Virus record (IMG/VR): IMGVR_UViG_2923350032_000003
DNA: 55,842 nt
Direction: 5' to 3' (one strand)
Origin: a virus
Lineage: Duplodnaviria > Heunggongvirae > Uroviricota > Caudoviricetes
Below, one piece after another: positions 45,225 through 54,606 of the stretch (positions are counted from its first letter, which is position 1; each line of letters starts with the position of its first letter). Both the position numbers and the translations under genes were made by a program. Under the pieces are notes generated by a model. That model was not told the origin of the DNA and made no database searches. It saw only the letters and a list, made by a program, of their open reading frames with translations.

Positions 45225-45260
45225 TTACCAGCGTCTGCTCTTGGCACAAAGCGGACAACC
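45225..45260. repeat. Copy B of the about 36-bp direct repeat
   Basis: Matches 41561-41600; lies about 240 bp upstream of the BCCT gene start. Confidence 0.4.
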
Positions 45261-45324
45261 ACGCTAGCTCTACCCTGTGCCACAAAATGTCAATTTGCAT
45301 CTGAACTAATGCACTTTAATCTCG

Positions 45325-45747
45325 TCACTTCAATAAATACCGAACATCCCCCTGATAAAACGACAATATGCGCTGCATAACTTCGCTCTTCCGGCACTCG
45401 CGACAGATTATGTTTAGGCGACTGTCGTAGCGACGTATTTCTCCGTCAGGTAATGACCAGATAAGGTCCGGATCAACCACAACCGGTTTCTTCAGCTTTG
45501 CCCTCGATAATTTTTTGCGGGCATTTTGCCAGTCTTTACGAGCCTGTTCAGACGGGAACAACCCGTAGCCAGAATTGTATACATCGCCACTGGCAACCAG
45601 CTCTCTGGCCAGAACGCTCATCAGATATCTTGTTGCCCCAGTTTTAGCTTCCAGTTGTCGTAACGTCTCGCGCCCACTCTGGCGTACGAGTTCAAGAACC
45701 TGCCCTTTAATTTTTTCCCGCTCTTCTTGTGTAAAAACTTTTGCCAC
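45325..45747 (-). CDS. Hypothetical protein in the replication module (possible winged-HTH)
   Basis: 140 aa, follows the ydaU-like gene where K-12 Rac has DnaC-like ydaV; no Walker motif. Confidence 0.35.
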   Translation of the reverse strand: MAKVFTQEEREKIKGQVLELVRQSGRETLRQLEAKTGATRYLMSVLARELVASGDVYNSGYGLFPSEQARKDWQNARKKLSRAKLKKPVVVDPDLIWSLPDGEIRRYDSRLNIICRECRKSEVMQRILSFYQGDVRYLLK

Positions 45748-45787
45748 AAGCCCTCCTGAAAATTACCTCATGACCAGAAATTAACAC

Positions 45788-46864
45788 TTACCCCCTGAAG
45801 CCCGGCGGAATTTCGTTATCCGGTTCAGAAATATGATTCACACAACGCTGGTTGTTCGTGCCGCTTACCGGGAGCAACCAGGGGTTCTCAAAATTCCGGT
45901 CCGGTCCAAAAAACGTCGTCGCTCGCTGAACAAATTCCGTTCCCGTTTTCCCGGTAGCCGCCAAGTATCTTGCGTAACGCCTCACGCCATCCAGCATGGC
46001 CTCTGGTGGCACCCCCTCGCGTAATCTGGCCTTCCAGGCACTGAAAGCGGATTTCTTCGGGTTTGCCCCAGCACGCAACGGGTACTCCCGCCAGACCTGT
46101 TCGAACACATCCGGATAATCCACTCGTCCCACAGACTGCCCGGTGTTTTCCGGGACTACCCGATCGGCTTCCCGCTGAATGGCGGAATCGGCTTCAGGCT
46201 GCTGCAGTTGGTGTGATTGCTCCGCCCTTGCGGTCATCACCTGCTGCACAGCGCCCGAATCGGCTTTCAGCGCATACGCTGAATCGGCTTCCGGTGTCGT
46301 GCCTGCTGGCTGACCAAGATTGACGGTCTGAACATCCCCTGCCTGGTTCGTGGCGTTTTTTACGCCATGGACCATAGTGTTTTGATCTTCTTGATCTGTA
46401 TCTTTATCTGTATCTTTATCTGTCGTGACTCGTCGTGACATGTGCGTGACATTTCGTGACGCGCCGTGACAATCGCCATTTTGTTCCCGCTTTCTTTCCC
46501 TCTCTCGCTGCGCCCTCTTGCGCTCTGCAGGAGATTTTGCGATTTGCGAAATATTGCCGTTGTCCTCTTTAAGCACCTGGCGTTTTTCCCATCCAGTGAT
46601 TAAATCACCATCAAGTACCCGCCCCTGCATCGTCTGCAAAATTGAATCAATTACCTCTTCTGTCACGTCGAGCGCACTTGCCAAATCTTCTGTCGTGACA
46701 TCAATGTGACCTCGCGTGACATTTCGTGACGCGCTCACCAGGAGGTGGATATACACTGCCATCACTGTTGCAATTGGCTGTCCTGACACCCTGGCAATTG
46801 TTCGCCACTTAGGGTCATTTGGCATGTCATGCCATAATCTGAGCCAGGCGTTAGCCATACTCAC
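45788..46864 (-). CDS. YdaU-like replication initiation protein
   Basis: 358 aa; internal acidic repeat TDKDTDKDTD; contains two iteron-like arrays in its coding sequence. Confidence 0.5.
   Translation of the reverse strand: MSMANAWLRLWHDMPNDPKWRTIARVSGQPIATVMAVYIHLLVSASRNVTRGHIDVTTEDLASALDVTEEVIDSILQTMQGRVLDGDLITGWEKRQVLKEDNGNISQIAKSPAERKRAQRERERKREQNGDCHGASRNVTHMSRRVTTDKDTDKDTDQEDQNTMVHGVKNATNQAGDVQTVNLGQPAGTTPEADSAYALKADSGAVQQVMTARAEQSHQLQQPEADSAIQREADRVVPENTGQSVGRVDYPDVFEQVWREYPLRAGANPKKSAFSAWKARLREGVPPEAMLDGVRRYARYLAATGKTGTEFVQRATTFFGPDRNFENPWLLPVSGTNNQRCVNHISEPDNEIPPGFRG
46391..46470. repeat. Iteron-like array 1 inside the ydaU-like gene (tandem atctgtatcttt repeats, then five CGTGAC at about 10-bp spacing)
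   Basis: tgtcgtgac / tcgtcgtgaca / tgtgcgtgac / atttcgtgac / gcgccgtgac. Confidence 0.5.
46691..46730. repeat. Iteron-like array 2 inside the ydaU-like gene (four GTGAC at 10-bp spacing)
   Basis: tgtcgtgaca / tcaatgtgac / ctcgcgtgac / atttcgtgac. Confidence 0.5.
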
Positions 46865-46929
46865 CTCTTTTGATACCGAATCTTTTTACTCACAAATTGC
46901 CGGAAGTGATCCGGTATGAATATTGCGAG

Positions 46930-47355
46930 TCAATGCACAGCCACAATATTTCCTGCAGGGCCACCACGATTCATCTGGTTGAAACCAGCGATCGCCACTG
47001 CGACAAAATCATCAGCGTCTCTCACCAGTCGTTCCCGCGTCTCCACTAGTTCCCGAAAATAGGCTGAGCTATGGCTGCGCATTCGGGCCACCAGCAGAGG
47101 TGGCATTGCTTTTTCGATAGCTGGTAACAACGCCTGAATTTTTTCAACTGCATCAGGGGTGTCTTTCTCTACCCAGCGGAAAATTTTCTGGGTATTGCGA
47201 GCCAGGGCTTCCGGATGGCTGTCGTCATACAGTTCTGGGAACGTCATACCCAGTTCAAAATAAGCCCTGGTTATTTCAGCTGCCGGAACTTTTTCACCGT
47301 CCGGATGCGCCCAGGCATTCATCGCCATGCGGATGTGTTCATGCTTGATTTTCAT
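46930..47355 (-). CDS. ydaT: YdaT-family protein (cII-like position)
   Basis: 141 aa, starts MKIKHEHI as I recall K-12 YdaT; downstream of Cro-like gene. Confidence 0.55.
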   Translation of the reverse strand: MKIKHEHIRMAMNAWAHPDGEKVPAAEITRAYFELGMTFPELYDDSHPEALARNTQKIFRWVEKDTPDAVEKIQALLPAIEKAMPPLLVARMRSHSSAYFRELVETRERLVRDADDFVAVAIAGFNQMNRGGPAGNIVAVH

Positions 47356-47620
47356 GAATCAAGCTCCTAGAAAGTGGTTGTGTTAACATTTTGGTATCTT
47401 CCAGCTCGGGCCAAATATTCATCCAATCAAAAGGCCTTAGTTGCTGACGTGTAACTTCACCATTACTGGCTCGCTCAATAAGGACACATAACGATGCCCC
47501 TAACACTTGACCTTTACTCAATGCCTTTCTTAGATAACCGATGCTGGTACCACACTCGCATGCAAACATACGCTGTTCATCTGACGAAAGAGAATTGAGA
47601 AATATTCTTAATTCTTCCAT
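47339..47620 (-). CDS. Cro-like HTH protein (YdaS-like position)
   Basis: 93 aa, divergent from repressor gene. Confidence 0.45.
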   Translation of the reverse strand: MEELRIFLNSLSSDEQRMFACECGTSIGYLRKALSKGQVLGASLCVLIERASNGEVTRQQLRPFDWMNIWPELEDTKMLTQPLSRSLIHENQA

Positions 47621-47650
47621 AGCTACTCCTTAGTAAACACAGCAAAGAAA

Positions 47651-47724
47651 ACCCATAGGTAAACAAAAGTCAATACCCACAGGTTGTTTACCTTGCAGTA
47701 ATCGCATCTATTATTTACCTATGG
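47651..47724. promoter_or_regulatory. Operator-like repeats (oR side) between the cro-like gene and racR
   Basis: acccataggtaaac, tacccacaggttgtttacc and tttacctatgg; the last overlaps the racR start codon. Confidence 0.45.
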
Positions 47725-48140
47725 ACAAATATGAATTTAGACGACAGCAACTCATCAAAATTCGTGATGAGAAATGCGATGGTAAAGCGGTTAACGTGGC
47801 CAGAAAGATCGGGCGCGAGCCTTCTTATGTATCAAGAATGTTGTACCCAGAGGGGAAAAAGGGAAAAAAACGGATCGCTGATGATATGGTGGAGATTATC
47901 GAAGAGTCCTTTGGGTTACCCCGGGGATGGATGGATGGTATCGTTTCATCATCAACGAACACAGCCTCCAGTTATGAAACAAGGGTTCTAACGCCACGAC
48001 AACGTATTTTTTTAGATCTCTTAGACGAACTGCCAGAAAGTGAAGCGGATAACTTATTAAAAACTCTTGAAGAGAAAAAACAGTATTACAATATGATCTA
48101 CGAAGAAATCCGTAAAAAGAAAGCACAAAACGCATCATAG
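47721..48140 (+). CDS. racR: Prophage repressor (RacR-like, HTH)
   Basis: 139 aa with HTH (KAVNVARKIGREPSYVSRML); divergent from the cro-like gene and flanked by operator repeats. Confidence 0.5.
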   Translation: MDKYEFRRQQLIKIRDEKCDGKAVNVARKIGREPSYVSRMLYPEGKKGKKRIADDMVEIIEESFGLPRGWMDGIVSSSTNTASSYETRVLTPRQRIFLDLLDELPESEADNLLKTLEEKKQYYNMIYEEIRKKKAQNAS

Positions 48141-48181
48141 CTCACCAAACAACTAGTCACCAGTTAAGACACCGCAAAAAG

Positions 48182-48220
48182 TTACCCATGGGTATTTACT
48201 TTTTAAATACCTATGGGTAT
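48182..48220. promoter_or_regulatory. Operator-like palindromes (oL side) downstream of racR, upstream of ydaG
   Basis: ttacccatgggtattt and aaatacctatgggtat; same TACC-ATGGGTA core as the oR-side repeats. Confidence 0.45.
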
Positions 48221-48394
48221 CCTTCTTTTCATACCAACCCACCCCGCCCCACAGAATGCAGGGCAATACTTCGAGTTACCAGGCAGTGGTCAGGGGTTAA
48301 GTAGCCAGCCCGAGGCGTAAGAACATGACGGCGGGATTCAAATTTTGCAGTGCAGCAGTTAGTTCCGCCACCCGGCGTTAAGGGGAGAGATAAG

Positions 48395-48529
48395 ATGGTG
48401 CATTACGAAGTAGTTCAGTATTTGATGGATTGTTGCGGTATCACTTACAACCAGGCTGTGCAGGCTTTACGCAGCAACGACTGGGATCTCTGGCAGGCAG
48501 AAGTCGCTATACGTAGCAACAAGATGTGA
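48395..48529 (+). CDS. ydaG: YdaG (44 aa)
   Basis: Hand-translated MVHYEVVQYLMDCCGITYNQAVQALRSNDWDLWQAEVAIRSNKM; below ORF-track cutoff. Confidence 0.65.
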   Translation: MVHYEVVQYLMDCCGITYNQAVQALRSNDWDLWQAEVAIRSNKM

Positions 48530-48539
48530 GATTCGCAAA

Positions 48540-48695
48540 ATGCAAAAAATCGACCTCGGCAACAACGAATCCCTGGTGTGCGGCGTGTTCCCCAACCAGG
48601 ATGGAACGTTCACTGCCATGACGTATACCAAAAGCAAAACATTTAAAACCGAAACTGGTGCGCGCCGATGGTTGGAGAAGCACACAGTAAGCTAA
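48540..48695 (+). CDS. ydaF: YdaF (51 aa)
   Basis: Hand-translated MQKIDLGNNESLVCGVFPNQDGTFTAMTYTKSKTFKTETGARRWLEKHTVS; below ORF-track cutoff. Confidence 0.65.
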   Translation: MQKIDLGNNESLVCGVFPNQDGTFTAMTYTKSKTFKTETGARRWLEKHTVS

Positions 48696-49180
48696 CGATT
48701 AAAACGTCTACTCCTGCTGTTCCAGAATAACTTCATAAAATGGGAGTATTTTTCGGTGACGAGATAATAAGAACAGTTTGCGCTATCACTCTGATGTTGA
48801 ATGATGCCCTTCCGTTCTAATTTTTTCATAACCGGGTTACGGCAAGGAGAAGTGATAATAAGATTTCCTGTTTTAAGGAAATCTTTAAATACAGCGATTT
48901 CTTTCTCAGATAAACGAAGCAATACTCGTTGCTCTGGTAGTAATGAATAATGCTTTTGAATATGTGCTCGCAATCTTGAGAAGGAAATGGCGACCACGAA
49001 AGAAAAGGCAAAAACGATAATCTGAAAGAGCCAAGGTATTTCAGTATAAGCATTGAATGCGACAGTAAACTCTTTCGGTATCAGCCAGAGAGTGAGACCA
49101 AAAATGATAATCGTATACATAAGTCTTTCGAGTGGCTCGTTAGCAAAAAGTTTCAACAATGGAGTAAATACATCCAACAT
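48692..49180 (-). CDS. sieB: Superinfection exclusion protein B
   Basis: 162 aa from MLDVFTPLLKLFANE...; two TM helices. Confidence 0.8.
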   Translation of the reverse strand: MLDVFTPLLKLFANEPLERLMYTIIIFGLTLWLIPKEFTVAFNAYTEIPWLFQIIVFAFSFVVAISFSRLRAHIQKHYSLLPEQRVLLRLSEKEIAVFKDFLKTGNLIITSPCRNPVMKKLERKGIIQHQSDSANCSYYLVTEKYSHFMKLFWNSRSRRFNR

Positions 49181-49621
49181 ATCAATAACTCTCAACTGTA
49201 AGGGTATTGAAATGTTAACACAAGCTCTCGCTGTAGGGGTATAGCCGAGACCACCGAAGCCCGGAGGTGGTGAAATAAAACCGGGCACAACACGAAGGCG
49301 CATTTCCGATATCCATAAAGAGTCGGTCTTGTCTGTTAAATTTAAATGGTGGGAGTGCGCCTCCGGTTGTAAATAACGACATTGCTGTGTGTAGTCCTGG
49401 CGGCATCAGTTTTTTTCTTGAAGTTCGGCTGATGTCCGCCCTTTTTAAAGTGAATTTTGTGATGCGGTGAATGCGGCTAAGCGCACGTGGCACAGTTAAA
49501 AGTCATGTCAGTCCTTATTGGTTTGGGTGGGAAAGCCGACTGTAATTGTTAACTGGTTGCAGTCACCTGGAGGCACCAGACACCGCATCAACAAAGTTCA
49601 TTTGTAAAAATGGAGATAATT

Positions 49622-49843
49622 ATGATTGCACATCACTTCGGAACTGATGAAATACCACGTCAGTGTGTGACTCCTGGCGATTATGTTCTTCATGAAGGCC
49701 GGACATATATTGCCTCGGCAAACAATATTAAAAAGCGAAAACTATATATTCGTAACCTGACCACAAAAACATTCATTACTGACCGCATGATTAAAGTCTT
49801 CCTCGGTCGTGATGGTTTACCTGTAAAGGCGGAGTCATGGTGA
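49622..49843 (+). CDS. kilR: Killing protein KilR (FtsZ inhibitor)
   Basis: 73 aa from [14 protein letters not shown]... Confidence 0.8.
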
Positions 49844-50013
49844 TGACTAAGAAAATAAAATGTGCTTACCACCTTTGCAAAAAAGACGTTGAAGAAAGCA
49901 AAGCTATTGAAAGAATGCTTCACTTCATGCACGGGATTTTATCAAAAGACGAACCGAGAAAATATTGCAGTGAAGCTTGTGCCGAAAAAGACCAGATGGC
50001 ACATGAACTTTAA
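49843..50013 (+). CDS. ydaE: YdaE (56 aa, Cys-rich)
   Basis: Hand-translated [56 protein letters not shown]; start overlaps kilR stop. Confidence 0.7.
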   Translation: MTKKIKCAYHLCKKDVEESKAIERMLHFMHGILSKDEPRKYCSEACAEKDQMAHEL

Positions 50014-50087
50014 TTAATTGACTATTCGAAACTGAATTTATGCCAGAAATGGCAGGTATTCGCTCAACCTTAATTAAGGAGAAAAAC

Positions 50088-50363
50088 ATGATTACCAATT
50101 ATGAAGCCACTGTTGTAACTACCGATGACATTGTTCACGAGGTGAATCTGGAAGGAAAGCGCATTGGCTACGTAATTAAAACAGAAAATAAAGAAACCCC
50201 ATTCACTGTGGTTGATATCGATGGTCCATCAGGCAACGTAAAAACACTTGATGAAGGTGTCAAAAAAATGTGCCTGGTGCATATCGGAAAGAATCTGCCC
50301 GCAGAAAAAAAAGCCGAATTTCTGGCAACTCTAATTGCAATGAAATTAAAAGGTGAAATCTGA
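50088..50363 (+). CDS. racC: RacC
   Basis: 91 aa from MITNYEATVVTTDD...; AAGGAG ribosome binding site. Confidence 0.75.
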   Translation: MITNYEATVVTTDDIVHEVNLEGKRIGYVIKTENKETPFTVVDIDGPSGNVKTLDEGVKKMCLVHIGKNLPAEKKAEFLATLIAMKLKGEI

Positions 50364-50464
50364 AAGAAATAGCCTGCGTATGGCGCAGGCTATGAACAGT
50401 GTGTATCCGGCAAGATCATTCACTGAACAAAACGAATTTTAATCTGAGTTGAGGTTAAAAAACA

Positions 50465-53056
50465 ATGAGCACAAAACCACTCTTCCTGTTACGGAAAGCG
50501 AAAAAATCATCCGGTGAACCTGACGTCGTCCTGTGGGCAAGCAACGATTTTGAATCGACCTGTGCCACTCTGGACTACCTGATCGTTAAGTCAGGTAAAA
50601 AACTGAGCAGCTATTTTAAAGCTGTTGCCACGAATTTTCCTGTCGTTAATGACCTGCCCGCTGAAGGTGAGATCGATTTTACCTGGAGTGAACGCTATCA
50701 ACTCAGCAAAGACTCCATGACATGGGAACTAAAACCGGGAGCAGCACCAGACAACGCTCACTATCAAGGCAATACCAACGTCAACGGCGAAGACATGACT
50801 GAGATTGAGGAGAATATGCTACTCCCAATTTCTGGCCAGGAACTGCCCATTCGTTGGCTTGCTCAACACGGCAGCGAAAAACCGGTAACGCACGTTTCAC
50901 GCGACGGACTCCAGGCATTACACATTGCTCGGGCTGAAGAACTACCGGCTGTTACTGCCCTGGCTGTTTCCCACAAAACCAGCCTGCTCGACCCGCTGGA
51001 AATTCGCGAACTCCACAAACTGGTTCGTGACACTGACAAAGTTTTCCCTAATCCTGGTAATTCAAACCTGGGACTGATAACTGCTTTTTTCGAAGCATAC
51101 CTGAACGCTGACTACACCGATCGAGGACTGCTGACAAAAGAGTGGATGAAGGGTAATCGTGTTTCACACATCACTCGCACGGCTTCCGGTGCTAATGCTG
51201 GCGGCGGAAACCTCACCGATCGCGGCGAAGGTTTCGTACACGATCTGACGTCACTGGCGCGCGACGTAGCCACTGGCGTACTGGCCCGTTCAATGGATCT
51301 GGACATCTATAACCTTCATCCGGCACACGCTAAACGCATTGAGGAAATTATCGCTGAAAATAAACCGCCCTTTTCTGTTTTCCGCGACAAATTCATCACC
51401 ATGCCTGGCGGGCTGGATTATTCCCGCGCCATCGTGGTTGCGTCCGTAAAAGAAGCACCAATTGGGATCGAGGTCATCCCCGCGCACGTCACTGAATATC
51501 TGAACAAAGTACTGACTGAAACCGATCATGCCAACCCTGATCCGGAAATCGTGGATATTGCCTGCGGTCGCTCCTCTGCCCCGATGCCGCAGCGAGTAAC
51601 AGAAGAAGGAAAACAGGATGATGAAGAAAAACCGCAACCATCTGGAACAACGGCAGTTGAACAGGGAGAGGCTGAAACAATGGAACCGGACGCAACTGAA
51701 CATCATCAGGACACGCAGCCGCTGGATGCTCAGTCACAGGTAAATTCTGTTGATGCGAAATATCAGGAACTGCGGGCAGAACTCCATGAAGCCCGGAAAA
51801 ACATTCCATCAAAAAATCCTGTCGATGACGATAAATTGCTTGCTGCATCACGTGGTGAATTTGTTGACGGAATTAGCGATCCGAAATGGGTAAAGGGGAT
51901 CCAGACTCGCGATTGTGTGTACCAGAACCAGCCAGAAACGGAAAAAACCAGCCCAGATATGAATCAACCTGAGCCAGTAGTGCAACAGGAACCGGAAATA
52001 GCCTGCAATGCCTGCGGCCAGACTGGCGGGGATAACTGCCCTGACTGTGGTGCGGTGATGGGCGACGCAACATACCAGGAAACATTCGCTGAAGAGAGTC
52101 AGGTTGAAGCTAAGGAAAATGATCCGGAGGAAATGGAAGGCGCTGAACATCCGCACAATGAGAATGCTGGCAGCGATCCGCATCGCGATTGCAGTGATGA
52201 AACTGGCGAAGTCGCAGATCCCGTAATCGTAGAAGACATAGAGCCAGGTATTTATTACGGAATTTCGAATGAGAATTACCACGCGGGTCCCGGTATCAGT
52301 AAGTCTCAGCTCGATGACATTGCTGATACTCCGGCACTATATTTGTGGCGTAAAAATGCCCCCGTGGACACCACAAAGACAAAAACGCTCGATTTAGGAA
52401 CTGCTTTCCACTGCCGGGTACTTGAACCGGAAGAATTCAGTAACCGCTTTATCGTAGCACCTGAATTTAACCGCCGTACAAACGCCGGAAAAGAAGAAGA
52501 GAAAGCGTTTCTGATGGAATGCGCAAGCACAGGAAAAACGGTTATCACTGCGGAAGAAGGCCGGAAAATTGAACTCATGTATCAAAGCGTTATGGCTTTG
52601 CCGCTGGGGCAATGGCTTGTTGAAAGCGCCGGACACGCTGAATCATCAATTTACTGGGAAGATCCTGAAACAGGAATTTTGTGTCGGTGCCGTCCGGACA
52701 AAATTATCCCTGAATTTCACTGGATCATGGACGTGAAAACTACGGCGGATATTCAACGATTCAAAACCGCTTATTACGACTACCGCTATCACGTTCAGGA
52801 TGCATTCTACAGTGACGGTTATGAAGCACAGTTTGGAGTGCAGCCAACTTTCGTTTTTCTGGTTGCCAGCACAACTATTGAATGCGGACGTTATCCGGTT
52901 GAAATTTTCATGATGGGCGAAGAAGCAAAACTGGCAGGTCAACAGGAATATCACCGCAATCTGCGAACCCTGTCTGACTGCCTGAATACCGATGAATGGC
53001 CAGCTATTAAGACATTATCACTGCCCCGCTGGGCTAAGGAATATGCAAATGACTAA
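50465..53056 (+). CDS. recE: Exodeoxyribonuclease VIII (RecE)
   Basis: 863 aa; Rac recE-like throughout, including C-terminal nuclease domain. Confidence 0.9.
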   Translation: MSTKPLFLLRKAKKSSGEPDVVLWASNDFESTCATLDYLIVKSGKKLSSYFKAVATNFPVVNDLPAEGEIDFTWSERYQLSKDSMTWELKPGAAPDNAHYQGNTNVNGEDMTEIEENMLLPISGQELPIRWLAQHGSEKPVTHVSRDGLQALHIARAEELPAVTALAVSHKTSLLDPLEIRELHKLVRDTDKVFPNPGNSNLGLITAFFEAYLNADYTDRGLLTKEWMKGNRVSHITRTASGANAGGGNLTDRGEGFVHDLTSLARDVATGVLARSMDLDIYNLHPAHAKRIEEIIAENKPPFSVFRDKFITMPGGLDYSRAIVVASVKEAPIGIEVIPAHVTEYLNKVLTETDHANPDPEIVDIACGRSSAPMPQRVTEEGKQDDEEKPQPSGTTAVEQGEAETMEPDATEHHQDTQPLDAQSQVNSVDAKYQELRAELHEARKNIPSKNPVDDDKLLAASRGEFVDGISDPKWVKGIQTRDCVYQNQPETEKTSPDMNQPEPVVQQEPEIACNACGQTGGDNCPDCGAVMGDATYQETFAEESQVEAKENDPEEMEGAEHPHNENAGSDPHRDCSDETGEVADPVIVEDIEPGIYYGISNENYHAGPGISKSQLDDIADTPALYLWRKNAPVDTTKTKTLDLGTAFHCRVLEPEEFSNRFIVAPEFNRRTNAGKEEEKAFLMECASTGKTVITAEEGRKIELMYQSVMALPLGQWLVESAGHAESSIYWEDPETGILCRCRPDKIIPEFHWIMDVKTTADIQRFKTAYYDYRYHVQDAFYSDGYEAQFGVQPTFVFLVASTTIECGRYPVEIFMMGEEAKLAGQQEYHRNLRTLSDCLNTDEWPAIKTLSLPRWAKEYAND

Positions 53057-53858
53057 GCAACCACCAATCGCAAAAGCCGATCTGCAAAAAACTCAGGGAA
53101 ACCGTGCACCAGCAGCAGTTAAAAATAGCGACGTGATTAGTTTTATTAACCAGCCATCAATGAAAGAGCAACTGGCAGCAGCTCTTCCACGCCATATGAC
53201 GGCTGAACGTATGATCCGTATCGCCACCACAGAAATTCGTAAAGTTCCGGCGTTAGGAAACTGTGACACTATGAGTTTTGTCAGTGCGATCGTACAGTGT
53301 TCACAGCTCGGACTTGAGCCAGGTAGCGCCCTCGGTCATGCATATTTACTGCCTTTTGGTAATAAAAACGAAAAGAGCGGTAAAAAGAACGTTCAGCTAA
53401 TCATTGGCTATCGCGGCATGATTGATCTGGCTCGCCGTTCTGGTCAAATCGCCAGCCTGTCAGCCCGTGTTGTCCGTGAAGGTGACGAGTTTAGCTTCGA
53501 ATTTGGCCTTGATGAAAAGTTAATACACCGCCCGGGAGAAAACGAAGATGCCCCGGTTACCCACGTCTATGCTGTCGCAAGACTGAAAGACGGAGGTACT
53601 CAGTTTGAAGTTATGACGCGCAAACAGATTGAGCTGGTGCGCAGCCTGAGTAAAGCTGGTAATAACGGGCCGTGGGTAACTCACTGGGAAGAAATGGCAA
53701 AGAAAACGGCTATTCGTCGCCTGTTCAAATATCTGCCCGTATCAATTGAGATCCAGCGTGCAGTATCAATGGATGAAAAGGAACCACTGACAATCGATCC
53801 TGCAGATTCCTCTGTATTAACCGGGGAATACAGTGTAATCGATAATTCAGAGGAATAA
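53049..53858 (+). CDS. recT: Recombinase RecT (single-strand annealing protein)
   Basis: 269 aa from [13 protein letters not shown]...; start overlaps recE end. Confidence 0.9.
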   Translation: MTKQPPIAKADLQKTQGNRAPAAVKNSDVISFINQPSMKEQLAAALPRHMTAERMIRIATTEIRKVPALGNCDTMSFVSAIVQCSQLGLEPGSALGHAYLLPFGNKNEKSGKKNVQLIIGYRGMIDLARRSGQIASLSARVVREGDEFSFEFGLDEKLIHRPGENEDAPVTHVYAVARLKDGGTQFEVMTRKQIELVRSLSKAGNNGPWVTHWEEMAKKTAIRRLFKYLPVSIEIQRAVSMDEKEPLTIDPADSSVLTGEYSVIDNSEE

Positions 53859-53914
53859 TTCAGCCTGGCGGTGTAATGCACCGCCAACTTGAAATATTTT
53901 TTATGAGAAAAATT

Positions 53915-54109
53915 ATGAGATATGACAATGTTAAACCATGTCCATTTTGTGGTTGTCCATCAGTAACGGTGAAAGCCATTTCAGGATATTACCGAGCGAA
54001 GTGTAACGGATGCGAATCCCGAACCGGTTATGGTGGAAGTGAAAAAGAAGCACTCGAAAGATGGAATAAACGAACCACTGGAAATAATAATGGAGGTGTT
54101 CATGTATAA
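53915..54109 (+). CDS. ralR: Restriction alleviation protein Lar/RalR
   Basis: 64 aa from MRYDNVKPCPFCGCPSV...; Cys4 zinc-ribbon-like. Confidence 0.8.
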   Translation: MRYDNVKPCPFCGCPSVTVKAISGYYRAKCNGCESRTGYGGSEKEALERWNKRTTGNNNGGVHV

Positions 54110-54311
54110 AATTACCGCCACTATTGAAAAGGAAGGTGGCACTCCTACTAACTGGACAAGATATTCAAAATCTAAACTAACGAAATCAGAATGCGAAAAA
54201 ATGCTCTCAGGTAAAAAAGAAGCAGGCGTTTCCAGAGAGCAGAAAGTAAAACTGATAAATTTTAATTGCGAGAAACTTCAGTCCTCGAGAATTGCATTGT
54301 ATTCAAATTAA
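54102..54311 (+). CDS. ydaC: YdaC
   Basis: 69 aa from MYKITATIEKEGG... Confidence 0.7.
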   Translation: MYKITATIEKEGGTPTNWTRYSKSKLTKSECEKMLSGKKEAGVSREQKVKLINFNCEKLQSSRIALYSN

Positions 54312-54389
54312 AACTTCATAGCTGATTATTAATAATCAACATCGGGCGTCAATTTCAGTCTAACATTGGCGCCTGCCAGAGGTGATGCG

Positions 54390-54605
54390 ATGGCACAAGT
54401 AATCTTTAATGAAGAGTGGATGGTTGAATACGGCCTGATGCTTCGCACTGGTCTGGGGGCCAGACAAATTGAAGCATACCGCCAGAACTGTTGGGTGGAG
54501 GGCTTCCACTTCAAACGAGTATCTCCTTTAGGTAAGCCAGACAGCAAACGAGGGATTATCTGGTACAACTATCCAAAGATAAATCAGTTTATCAAAGACT
54601 CATGA
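54390..54605 (+). CDS. xisR: Excisionase-like protein XisR (YdaQ)
   Basis: 71 aa from [15 protein letters not shown]...; immediately upstream of integrase. Confidence 0.7.
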   Translation: MAQVIFNEEWMVEYGLMLRTGLGARQIEAYRQNCWVEGFHFKRVSPLGKPDSKRGIIWYNYPKINQFIKDS

Positions 54606-54606
54606 T

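Noticed and set aside
41561-45260. Sigma54 -24/-12 promoter reading of the TGGCAC motif in the direct repeats
   Set aside because: The required TTGC element 5 nt downstream is absent in both copies (AAAGC follows instead).
49215-49493. 92-aa ORF on the - strand between sieB and kilR
   Set aside because: No ribosome binding site, Arg/Ser/Pro-rich translation, and it lies in the likely promoter region; probably not coding.
51290-52282. Several 100-140-aa ORFs on the - strand inside recE
   Set aside because: Nested antisense to the recE coding sequence; no ribosome binding sites; composition consistent with antisense artifacts.
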